IMG/VR virus record: IMGVR_UViG_3300042921_000093 | Location: 1 to 35,433 of that record | Strand: one strand, 5' to 3' | DNA length: 35,433 bases | Origin: a virus | Taxonomy: Duplodnaviria > Caudoviricetes | Part shown: piece after piece, positions 26,685 to 34,032 of the stretch | Numbering within the stretch: the stretch's first letter is position 1 | Layout of the letters: every line of letters begins with the position of its first letter | Translations under genes and position numbers: made by a program | Notes under the pieces: model-generated | The model's database searches: none | Told to the model about the DNA's origin: nothing | Seen by the model: the letters and a program-made list of their open reading frames with translations, nothing else

Positions 26685-26728
26685 AATCTACAGGTCATCA
26701 CCTTTGCAGGCCTTTGGCGGTTTTCCCC
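26685..26728 (-). promoter_or_regulatory. Late promoter copy 5 (lysis/terminase operon)
   Basis: GGGGAAAACCGCCAAAGGC (26728-26710), 19 nt spacer, TAGATT; inside the 3' end of the Mor-like gene. Confidence 0.65.
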
Positions 26729-27107
26729 GCAATGTCTTTTTCACAACATCGATCGACCTATCGATATCCTCGGAAATCTGGGCCGGGCTGCGCCCTTGTG
26801 CGCTCAGCTGCCAGATTTTCTGGCGGAACCATCGCTTTTCAAGAAATTTCCCGTTCGAGGGTTGCAGGATTTCACCGCCGAAATGGCGGGACAGTTTCAT
26901 CGCGTCGGCATATCCGAGGATGCCGATCAGCTTGTGATCGAGTGGCATGCGCTTCGGGACATAAACTGCCACTCGCCACGGCCGCGATCCGCACGGCGGC
27001 AACGATGTGCAGAGCTTCAGCGCCTGATCCAGACCAATCACCTCGGCCAATTCGATGACCGATTGGGGATACTCGTTCAACTCGGTGGTTTGGTCCCGCT
27101 CAGCCAT
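26688..27107 (-). CDS. Mor/C-like late transcription activator
   Basis: ATG at 27107; ELAEVIG...A.KL, YVP......L...LG...A.KL..HFGGE.L, C-terminal HTH (GRS..QI...I.RS...V). Confidence 0.75.
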   Translation of the reverse strand: MAERDQTTELNEYPQSVIELAEVIGLDQALKLCTSLPPCGSRPWRVAVYVPKRMPLDHKLIGILGYADAMKLSRHFGGEILQPSNGKFLEKRWFRQKIWQLSAQGRSPAQISEDIDRSIDVVKKTLRGKPPKACKGDDL

Positions 27108-27624
27108 CGAATTTTCCTGTATCGTTGCCCCAGGCGGTCCATCCTGGTCGCGCGCGGCGGGCGAACATCTCGAGCTTGCGCGCCTCGGGCCAAAGGCGGT
27201 CGATCTCGTCCTGCAGCACCTCGGGCTTGCGGCTGTGCTCGCGCTGGGCACCCTCGATCAGCGACACGAACGGTGCCGGGCGCGGGCAGGGAAAGCGCCC
27301 GCGCTTGTAGAGCAGGCAGGGCTCGTGCCGCCCGCGCACCCAATAGCCCGTGGCAAGCCGTTGCTTGATCCAGACGCGCTCGGTCAGGTAGCGAAACCCC
27401 CACGACTCTGGGATGTCGATCGCGCGGCGCAGCATGGGCGCGGTGCACCACATGAAGAGAAGGCAAGTCCGCGCCGCCAAATCGGCCACGCCCAGCGCGC
27501 GCAGCTCGTCGTCGCGCATGGTCGGATAATGCCTACGGGCGTTGCGACCAGGTTTGGCCGCCGAATTAGACGCAAAGTGCCAGGGCGGGTCCATCACGAT
27601 GATGTCAAACGGCCCGGTGGTCAT
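27100..27624 (-). CDS. MT-A70 family N6-adenine methyltransferase
   Basis: FDIIVMDPPW, HYPTM, LFMW.T, WGF.Y....W.K, HSRKP, LEMFAR..R.GW..WGN. Confidence 0.92.
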   Translation of the reverse strand: MTTGPFDIIVMDPPWHFASNSAAKPGRNARRHYPTMRDDELRALGVADLAARTCLLFMWCTAPMLRRAIDIPESWGFRYLTERVWIKQRLATGYWVRGRHEPCLLYKRGRFPCPRPAPFVSLIEGAQREHSRKPEVLQDEIDRLWPEARKLEMFARRARPGWTAWGNDTGKFDG

Positions 27625-28013
27625 ACCTCGACGACCTCCACGCCTTGGGCGGCGGCGACGGCGCGCCTCACCTCGTAATCGCGCGTCGGCTTGCCCTTCG
27701 CGTCCTCGTAAATGCGCAGGCCAGTGGCGACCTCGATGTAGGAAAAATCCACCGTGATCCGCATGGGCCGCCCGGTGCGGGTGCGCAGCACGTCATCGCG
27801 CCCGTGCAGGATCAGCACCACCTGCCGCTCCAAGTCCGCGATCTCGCCTGCCCGCTCACGCAGGCGCAAATCACACCAGCGCCGAGCCTCGCGCTTGCTG
27901 TCAAAGCGGATACCGTCCACCTCGACCGGCTCGGCCCCATACTTGTTGCCACGTGGCGCGACGGCCCCCGCAAGCGTCGCGTTATACTCCGCCGCGCTCA
28001 TCTTGTCGCTCAT
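27621..28013 (-). CDS. DUF1064-family putative nuclease
   Basis: ATG at 28013; NKYGA....VDG.RFDSK.EA.R...L, DF.Y, EDAKG. Confidence 0.85.
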   Translation of the reverse strand: MSDKMSAAEYNATLAGAVAPRGNKYGAEPVEVDGIRFDSKREARRWCDLRLRERAGEIADLERQVVLILHGRDDVLRTRTGRPMRITVDFSYIEVATGLRIYEDAKGKPTRDYEVRRAVAAAQGVEVVEV

Positions 28014-28259
28014 GCCGCCCCCGATCTCGTGAAGAAGATGCAGCGTCTCGTGCTGCCCCCGCTGCGCTGCACCGATTGGCGGGAATGCACGGCGCGCCCC
28101 AAGCGCCGTCCGGAGGCCGCTCGTCATCGATGCCTTGGTTTGAGCCCGCCCGAAGGCAGGCGAGGAGGTCTGGATGGATGCAGTTGCCCACCCATTGTTC
28201 CCTCCGGCGTCTCTTTTCCAATGACGCGCTCTGGCGCGATAATCCTTGGCTGCGGGCTA

Positions 28260-28523
28260 TCATCGCCGCCTCGCTTTCGGGGCGGCAAGTGCCTTGCCGG
28301 CAAACCGCAGCGCACCGCGCATGTTCGCCGCCTCCGGCCCCGGCTTGTTCGCCCACGCCGAAAGCGCGCTGTCGATCTCATCAACACCATGCAGGGCGAA
28401 CGCATGCGGCACGGGGCCGACAGGGCCGCGTCGGAAGGTGTGGATCAGGACGTGGCCGCGCGCCGCGTGGACCTCGAGGCCAACCTTGCCGAACATGATC
28501 CGGTCCGATCCCTCGCGGCTCAC
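28260..28523 (-). CDS. Hypothetical protein
   Basis: GTG start overlapping the replication gene TGA; 87 aa. Confidence 0.45.
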   Translation of the reverse strand: MSREGSDRIMFGKVGLEVHAARGHVLIHTFRRGPVGPVPHAFALHGVDEIDSALSAWANKPGPEAANMRGALRFAGKALAAPKARRR

Positions 28524-29434
28524 AGGCTCACCTCCACGGCACGGCACTGATCGGGCGTCACCATGCCGCGCCGCACGAGCTCTCTGGCGGTGACGCTGGT
28601 GACGTGCCGCCCCAGCACGGGGTTGCCGCTCTCGATCAGCCTCGCGGCGCTCTTGAGCTTGGCCTCTGGATCGTAGGCGGACCGGCTCAGCGCCTGGGCG
28701 TGGCGCTCCCAGCCACGCCTCTCCAACCAGTTCTCGGGATAGGCGATGTAGCGCGCCGAATTGCCCTGCTGTTCGTCGGCATGGGCCCGTGCGGCGGCGA
28801 TGATCGTATCCGGATCGACGCCCGACGAAATCGCGTCCCGGATCGCGCACCGAACCGCCTCAACCTTCCCGGATCGAGGGTAGGCTGCCAGAAACCGCGC
28901 GGTCACATCATCGACAAAATCATCACCAAAACCGGATGCGCCATCGGCGCAAGGTTCCTTTACTGGTTCCCTTACAGGGTTAGTGTCGCAATTTGAGACA
29001 TGGTTTTCGTCGTTTTTGAGACATGGTTTTCGTCGTTTTTGAGACATGGTTTCCGTGTCGCATTCTGAGACATGGCCGCGCGCGATGTTCTCGCTTTGCC
29101 CCTCGGAATTCCGTGTCTCAATTTGCGACATGGCGAAATCGATCTTTGGAGGGTCGGCCGCATCCAGGCCCAATATGTAGTAGGTCGACAGCCTCTTGCG
29201 CGATACCGGATTTTGCCGCCTCACGCGCGTGATCAGGCCCAGCGCCTCGAGATCGTCGAGGTGGCGGTTCACGGTCGCGCGCGACATGTTGCAATCCTCG
29301 GCCAGCGTGTTCTGGTCGGGGTTGCACTGCTTGGTGTCCTTGTTGTGCCGGTCGGCCAGCTGGATCAGCACGATCCACGGCCCCGGCTTGAGGTGCTTCT
29401 GCTCGAGCGCCCAGTTCACGGCCTTGTGGCTCAT
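28520..29434 (-). CDS. Replication initiator with N-terminal HTH
   Basis: MS.KAV.WA, VL..LAD.HN...C.P....LA....MSR.TV.RHL..LE..GLI; internal iterons; C-terminal F..AYPR and YPENWL....W. Confidence 0.85.
   Translation of the reverse strand: MSHKAVNWALEQKHLKPGPWIVLIQLADRHNKDTKQCNPDQNTLAEDCNMSRATVNRHLDDLEALGLITRVRRQNPVSRKRLSTYYILGLDAADPPKIDFAMSQIETRNSEGQSENIARGHVSECDTETMSQKRRKPCLKNDENHVSNCDTNPVREPVKEPCADGASGFGDDFVDDVTARFLAAYPRSGKVEAVRCAIRDAISSGVDPDTIIAAARAHADEQQGNSARYIAYPENWLERRGWERHAQALSRSAYDPEAKLKSAARLIESGNPVLGRHVTSVTARELVRRGMVTPDQCRAVEVSL
28984..29133. repeat. Iterons of the phage replication origin
   Basis: TGAGACATGG at 28994, 29017, 29040 and 29066; tandem 23-bp units; quasi-dyads TGTC(G/T)CA-N3-TG(A/C)GACA at 28984, 29056 and 29114. 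Confidence 0.85.
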
Positions 29435-29504
29435 CGCAAACCTCTTCTTTCCTGCCCCGCCGCCCGGATATTCGGGCGGACATTTGTGCGGAGAAAACTC
29501 CGCC

Positions 29505-29780
29505 TCACCGCGCGTCGCGCCGTGTCACCTCGAAGCGGGAGAACGAGCCAAGCACACAGCCCCGCCCCCTTGCCCCGCGCAGCCAGCCGATATCGCAGGC
29601 CGCATAGCCGCCGCCCCTGTGCACCGCCCGCCGGTCGCCGGTCAGCGCGTTCTCCTGGTAGGCCCAGGCCTGCGTCACGCGCACATCCCGCCAGGCCAAC
29701 GGGGCCAACACCCGCCGCAACAGCCCGACTGCCGCCCGCGCGCCACACCTCAACGCCCTCGCGATCACGCCTCCGAACAT
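29505..29780 (-). CDS. Hypothetical protein
   Basis: 91 aa ORF within the operon; frame choice uncertain. Confidence 0.4.
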   Translation of the reverse strand: MFGGVIARALRCGARAAVGLLRRVLAPLAWRDVRVTQAWAYQENALTGDRRAVHRGGGYAACDIGWLRGARGRGCVLGSFSRFEVTRRDAR

Positions 29781-29998
29781 GGCGCAGCCCCCTTCGTGTA
29801 GGATTGAAAGACCGCCCGGCGATGCGCGGGCGCAACATGGGCCGCGTCGTCGTCGCGCACGGCGGTGATCATCCGCCCCAGATACCCCATGCTCAGCCCC
29901 TCGCGTGCGGCGACCTCGCGCAGCGGCACGCCGCGCCGCCTTGCATCGAGGGCGCGCAACACCCGCTCGTCGGCCTCGCGTGTCGGCTCTCTCGGCAT
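29765..29998 (-). CDS. Small HTH protein
   Basis: ATG at 29998 after GAGGGGG; GVPLREVAAREGLSMGYL. Confidence 0.6.
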   Translation of the reverse strand: MPREPTREADERVLRALDARRRGVPLREVAAREGLSMGYLGRMITAVRDDDAAHVAPAHRRAVFQSYTKGAAPCSEA

Positions 29999-30005
29999 CG
30001 CCCCC

Positions 30006-30365
30006 TCACTCCGCCGCGAACAACATGCGCGGGGCCTCGACCGGGTGCTCGCGCACGGCAACGGCCACATGGCCGCCCACCGCGCCGGTCTGGCCCGTCC
30101 ACCAATTGCGCGCCGTGCGCTCGCTCACGTCGAACACCTGGCAGACATGGGCCAACGATCGATACTGCGCGCGGATATAGCGCTGCCATCGCTCGGGGAA
30201 TTGCCGGTGCACCTTGTGCGGATCGAACGGGCGTCGCAGCTGCGTCACCCCGGCCTGATCGCGCGCGGACAAACCCCCGAACGACTGTTCGCCCCCGCCC
30301 GTGGCAGGCTCGGCGCATGATGCACCGTTCACATAGATCACCACCGAAGCGGCCTGCGCGTTCAT
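30006..30365 (-). CDS. HTH regulator in the CII-like position
   Basis: LAHVCQVFDVSERTARNWW.G HTH; downstream of cro. Confidence 0.7.
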   Translation of the reverse strand: MNAQAASVVIYVNGASCAEPATGGGEQSFGGLSARDQAGVTQLRRPFDPHKVHRQFPERWQRYIRAQYRSLAHVCQVFDVSERTARNWWTGQTGAVGGHVAVAVREHPVEAPRMLFAAE

Positions 30366-30553
30366 GGCTCACCCTCGGCATCGCCCTCGACATCACCGAG
30401 GGTCACAATCTCGACGATCTCCCGGTCGCCGATGCGCACGCGCCGCTCGACCCTCTTCACGCGCTCGGGAAAATTGACGATCATCAACGAAACCGGGTCG
30501 ATTCTCCCGGTCTCGACAGGATCGGAACCCGACATGGTATCATTGGCCGACAT
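30362..30553 (-). CDS. Hypothetical protein
   Basis: ATG at 30553 with GAGGAG RBS; 63 aa; coupled to the next gene. Confidence 0.5.
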   Translation of the reverse strand: MSANDTMSGSDPVETGRIDPVSLMIVNFPERVKRVERRVRIGDREIVEIVTLGDVEGDAEGEP

Positions 30554-30661
30554 ATCTGCGCTCCTCGAAGAAAGCCTCGCCGCGCCGCCCAACGCACCCG
30601 CAGACCCCTGCCCGGCCTGCGGCGAGACCGAAACGCGCTTCGCAGGCTGAAACGACCCCCA

Positions 30662-30865
30662 TCATGCCGCCGCCTTGCGTCTCGACGCCATAAATTCCCG
30701 AAGCTTCTCCTCGGTGACGACGGTTATCGTTCGACCCGCTCTAAGCCGCGCCAGAACCTCAGAATTACCGGTGGCGCGCTTGCCAAAATAACTCTCGCTC
30801 ATCCCGGTCTCACCGAGAAAAGCGTCGATCTCATCGACAAGCCGCTTGTGAACATCGAGCACCAT
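30662..30865 (-). CDS. Cro-like repressor
   Basis: 67 aa; I.AFL...GMS.S.FG..A.GN...L.RLR.GR; divergent from cI across the operators. Confidence 0.85.
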   Translation of the reverse strand: MVLDVHKRLVDEIDAFLGETGMSESYFGKRATGNSEVLARLRAGRTITVVTEEKLREFMASRRKAAA

Positions 30866-30878
30866 GAACCCTCATTAC

Positions 30879-30945
30879 GTCCTCTAAAGAGGACATTGCA
30901 AGCCTTCTTTATCGAGGACGTGCAAAACAATCCTCTTTCGAGGAC
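30879..30945. promoter_or_regulatory. OR-like operator triplet
   Basis: 16-bp dyads GTCCTCTAAAGAGGAC (30879), CTTCTTTATCGAGGAC (30904), ATCCTCTTTCGAGGAC (30930). Confidence 0.85.
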
Positions 30946-30954
30946 ACAAATCTC

Positions 30955-31254
30955 ATGATCGATTCTGAATGGAGAAAGCGTCTGCGGGACGCAATAGAGG
31001 CACAGCCTGGCGTTTCCCAAAGGTCAGTTTCCCTGGCCTCTGGTAACGGTCCGGGATATGTGCACTCAATCCTTGCCGAGGGTAAGGACCCTACGATCTC
31101 CAAGCTGATCGCCGTGTGTGATGCAGTGCCGGTGAGCATAATCTACATCTTGCACGGTCACGACGTGACACCAGAAGACGCCGAGATTCTCGACCTGCTA
31201 CACCGTCACCCCGACAAGCGCTCTGCGATACAGAGCCTCATAACCTCTAAGTGA
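30955..31254 (+). CDS. CI-like XRE repressor (short, no visible peptidase domain)
   Basis: RL..AI.....S.R.VSLASG.G.GYV.SIL.EGK.PTI..L..VC; 99 aa. Confidence 0.85.
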   Translation: MIDSEWRKRLRDAIEAQPGVSQRSVSLASGNGPGYVHSILAEGKDPTISKLIAVCDAVPVSIIYILHGHDVTPEDAEILDLLHRHPDKRSAIQSLITSK

Positions 31255-31255
31255 C

Positions 31256-31510
31256 ATGTCGGGCTTCAGGGACGCAACAGCTAAGGCCGCAATTGTCTTG
31301 CTGCCGTCATATACCGCTGCATATTTGACCGAGCAAATGGTCTACGTGGTGCCAACCTTGGCAGCCGCCGGGTTCTTCGCGGCCTCGCTATCGCTGGACA
31401 CCAACGCGAGCCGACGTCATGTCGACGAGGATGCCGCGGACCCCGACGACGGAAGCGAGACGGACCTCGACGAGTCAGGCTCAATTACTTCGGGCAGCGA
31501 GGACTCCTGA
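31256..31510 (+). CDS. Small membrane protein with acidic tail, probably co-transcribed with cI
   Basis: Starts 1 nt after the cI stop; two hydrophobic segments, D/E/S-rich C-terminus. Confidence 0.65.
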   Translation: MSGFRDATAKAAIVLLPSYTAAYLTEQMVYVVPTLAAAGFFAASLSLDTNASRRHVDEDAADPDDGSETDLDESGSITSGSEDS

Positions 31511-31670
31511 ACAAGGGCGCGCGCCTGTATTAGAACCGCGCACTTCTCTTGTCTTTTCAGACTGACCCAACGCTCGATATAGTCATCCACCGTCAACGCA
31601 ACGTTCTCTTTGTGTTCTATACCTCCAATAGAGACGTGGGTGGCGATTCGCGCAAGACCGTTTTCCGAAC

Positions 31671-31722
31671 ATCCTCTTTCGAGGATATTCTTATTGACTA
31701 TCCTCTAAAGCGGACATAGTGT
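31671..31722 (+). promoter_or_regulatory. OL-like operators and early promoter
   Basis: ATCCTCTTTCGAGGAT (31671) and ATCCTCTAAAGCGGAC (31700); TTGACT(31694)-17 nt-TAGTGT(31717) brackets the second operator. Confidence 0.85.
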
Positions 31723-31750
31723 CGCCCCATCACCACGATGGAGACAGATC

Positions 31751-31981
31751 ATGTCCAGCCTGACCACCGAACCGAAACACGGCGAGCGCCGCCGCATCGG
31801 CGATGACGATTGCGTCTGGATCACCGGCCACTGGGAGCGGATCGCGACACTGAAGGCGCGCCTGAGCGACCTTGTCGCGCTGCAGAACTACAACACCCGC
31901 ATGGGTGCGCCTGCGCTGGTGAAGATGAACCGCCAGGAGATCGCGCATATCCGCGAATTGCTGTCGGAGGTGGCGGCATGA
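31751..31981 (+). CDS. Early hypothetical protein
   Basis: GGAG RBS, 76 aa, first gene after the early promoter. Confidence 0.7.
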   Translation: MSSLTTEPKHGERRRIGDDDCVWITGHWERIATLKARLSDLVALQNYNTRMGAPALVKMNRQEIAHIRELLSEVAA

Positions 31982-32229
31982 ACCGCAACATGAAGATGGC
32001 GCTGGCAGACGCGCACCCGTACGGGCTGATGCATGTCGGCAACGGCTACAAGGCGCTCGGCCTCGGTGGCGAGCCGATGCCGTTCTCGACGCCGCACTCA
32101 ACCAACACGGTGCGCGCGCTCAAGGATCGCTGCCTGATCGATTTCTGGGGGCCGGAGCGCATCGCGCATCTCACCGATCTGGGCCTCGCCCGGATCGAGG
32201 ATCCCGAACTGACGGGAGGTGCCGCATGA
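31978..32229 (+). CDS. Early small protein, winged-helix-like (paralogue of 32407-32673)
   Basis: ATGA-coupled start at 31978 after GGAGG; V.ALK.R.LID......AHLTDLGL. Confidence 0.7.
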   Translation: MNRNMKMALADAHPYGLMHVGNGYKALGLGGEPMPFSTPHSTNTVRALKDRCLIDFWGPERIAHLTDLGLARIEDPELTGGAA

Positions 32230-32414
32230 CCGCGATCATGATCCGGCACCTGCAAGGCGAGAGCGACGCGATCCACGTGATCTGCAACCCGCACCTCCAC
32301 CAGCACAATCCCAACATCATCCGCAATGCGTGGATGATCCTGAAATCGCGCAGCGGGCACCCCGTGGTGCAGCACCGTCTCGCCCACATCCCTGTCGAGG
32401 TGGCCAATGACTGA
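32226..32414 (+). CDS. Early hypothetical protein
   Basis: 62 aa, GGAGG RBS, coupled start. Confidence 0.65.
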   Translation: MTAIMIRHLQGESDAIHVICNPHLHQHNPNIIRNAWMILKSRSGHPVVQHRLAHIPVEVAND

Positions 32415-32673
32415 TCTGCCCGAAGCTCTGCACCGCGCGCTGACGGATGCCCACCGCTCGATCAACCACGGCGGCCTGCTCGAGGTTGCCGGGGCGCACG
32501 GCCCCGTGTGGGTGGGCCAGCACCCCGAATGCGAGGCCGAACACCGCCCCTGCGTGATCGATCAGCTCAAGGCGCTGGGCCTGATCGACAGGATCGGCTG
32601 CCCGCCGATGCGCAGCGCACACATAACCGATCTCGGGCTTCTCGAGATCGACATCGCGGGGATTGCGGCATGA
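32407..32673 (+). CDS. Early small protein, winged-helix-like (paralogue of 31978-32229)
   Basis: GAGG RBS; I..LK..GLID......AHITDLGL. Confidence 0.7.
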   Translation: MTDLPEALHRALTDAHRSINHGGLLEVAGAHGPVWVGQHPECEAEHRPCVIDQLKALGLIDRIGCPPMRSAHITDLGLLEIDIAGIAA

Positions 32674-33149
32674 GCATCGAGGCGCGCGACGACACAAGCT
32701 ACCGCGCGGCCATGAAGGCGCTCGAGGTCGCGGCCCACGCCGCCGTGCGCGCCGCGCTGCGCCATCACGCGGCCCCTGTCGAGCCGCTCCGCCGTTTGGC
32801 GGCGGATATCGACTGTCTGAGCGATCACGGCTGCACCGTGGCCGATCTCGATACCCGGCTGTCCACGGTCAACATGGGCACTGACACCCTCCACAGACTG
32901 CGCGCCACCATTGCCGCCGATTTCGAGCTGGTCAACGACGCCTGCCTGGGACCGGTGGCCATGCTCACGGTGGTCAATTACGGCGGCACGCTGATCGGCC
33001 CCGAGGATCCCGGCGGCCCGGCGGAATACCAGATCGAGCTGCTGGGCGTGACCGGCTTCGGCGAAAGCATCGCCGCCGCCGCCCGGCAATGGGCCCTCAA
33101 CGTCGCGCGCATGTGCGACCCCGAAACCGCATTGGAGGACAGTGAATGA
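32670..33149 (+). CDS. Early hypothetical protein
   Basis: ATGA-coupled start at 32670 (MSIEARDD), 159 aa. Confidence 0.7.
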   Translation: MSIEARDDTSYRAAMKALEVAAHAAVRAALRHHAAPVEPLRRLAADIDCLSDHGCTVADLDTRLSTVNMGTDTLHRLRATIAADFELVNDACLGPVAMLTVVNYGGTLIGPEDPGGPAEYQIELLGVTGFGESIAAAARQWALNVARMCDPETALEDSE

Positions 33150-33195
33150 CCGACACCGACACGACCTGAGCAAAAAAAGCTCCGGACTGAAACCC

Positions 33196-33265
33196 AGCCT
33201 CGCCTCGCGGCGCATCGCTCCGCAAGGCAGCGCACCGCATCGCTGCGCGACGCATCGCACCGCAA
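33196..33265 (+). repeat. CGC-NN pentamer array 1 (14 units), candidate guide RNA
   Basis: Strict 5-nt period; NN = CT CT GG AT TC AA AG AC AT TG GA AT AC AA; constant triplet CGC in 12 of 14 units (one AGC, one GGC); intergenic. Confidence 0.9.
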
Positions 33266-33288
33266 GGACCAACTGAAAGGAAGACACC

Positions 33289-33876
33289 ATGAAAGTTTCT
33301 ATCGCACGGCTCACCATCAGGGGCATGGCCCCGCTGAGCCAGTCGCGCCAGCATGACGAGCCCAAGCTCGAGGGCGAGACCCACGACGACTATGACAAGC
33401 GGACATGCCTCAGCAAGCTGAACCTCGGCAAGGATGGCAAGGTGGTCATCCCGCAGCACGGCCTGCATCAGTGCCTGATCGCCGCCGCGCGCTATTCGGG
33501 AGAACAGATCCCCGGCCAGGGCAAGAAGACCTGGACCAAGAAATTCGAAACCGGCCTGATGATCGTCAGCGAGGTGCAGACGGGCATCGATCCGAAAGAC
33601 GTCAAGGCCAAGCCCTTTTCGGTCAGTGCGCAGGGGCGGCGCGGGATCGGCGGGCGCGTCACCCGGCGCTTTCCGATGATCGAAGAGTGGAGCGCGACCG
33701 CCGAAATCTACGTGCTCGACCCGATCATCACCGAGGCCATCTTTGAAAAGATGACCAGGACTGCGGGGATGTTCATCGGGCTGGGCCGGTTCCGCCCCGA
33801 GGTGGGCGGGCACAATGGCCGCTTCAAGATCGAAACCCTTGAATGGGAGGACAACCGCCAGCCCTTGGCTGCGTGA
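33289..33876 (+). CDS. Stand-alone Cas7/RAMP-like protein
   Basis: 195 aa, AAGGAAG RBS; N-terminal strand RLTIRGMAPL, VIP...L...L..AA helix start, C-terminal Gly-rich loop GLGRFRPEVGGHNGRF; fold assigned from motifs only. Confidence 0.7.
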   Translation: MKVSIARLTIRGMAPLSQSRQHDEPKLEGETHDDYDKRTCLSKLNLGKDGKVVIPQHGLHQCLIAAARYSGEQIPGQGKKTWTKKFETGLMIVSEVQTGIDPKDVKAKPFSVSAQGRRGIGGRVTRRFPMIEEWSATAEIYVLDPIITEAIFEKMTRTAGMFIGLGRFRPEVGGHNGRFKIETLEWEDNRQPLAA

Positions 33877-33887
33877 CGGATTTTCGT

Positions 33888-34012
33888 CGCAGCGCTCCGC
33901 TCCGCACCGCAGCGCTCCGCTCCGCAGCGCTCCGCCGCGCAACGCTCCGCTCCGCCGCGCAACGCTCCGCCACGCCGCGCATCGCAGCGCTCAGCCCCGC
34001 ATCGCACCGCTC
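33888..34012 (+). repeat. CGC-NN pentamer array 2 (25 units), candidate guide RNA
   Basis: NN = AG TC TC AC AG TC TC AG TC CG AA TC TC CG AA TC CA CG AT AG TC CC AT AC TC; CGC in 24 of 25 units; intergenic. Confidence 0.9.
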
Positions 34013-34032
34013 ACGACCTCATGGAGAAAAGA

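Noticed and set aside
27982-28263. Possible small minus-strand ORF between the replication and DUF1064 genes
   Set aside because: Several competing frames with no motif; the real one cannot be chosen
29072-30958. 628-aa plus-strand ORF
   Set aside because: Arg/Pro-rich with no motifs; antisense to the cro-replication operon
33196-34012. Arrays as a classical CRISPR or a simple microsatellite
   Set aside because: No 25-45 bp repeats with unique spacers and no cas1/cas2; NN positions are too diverse against an almost invariant CGC for simple slippage
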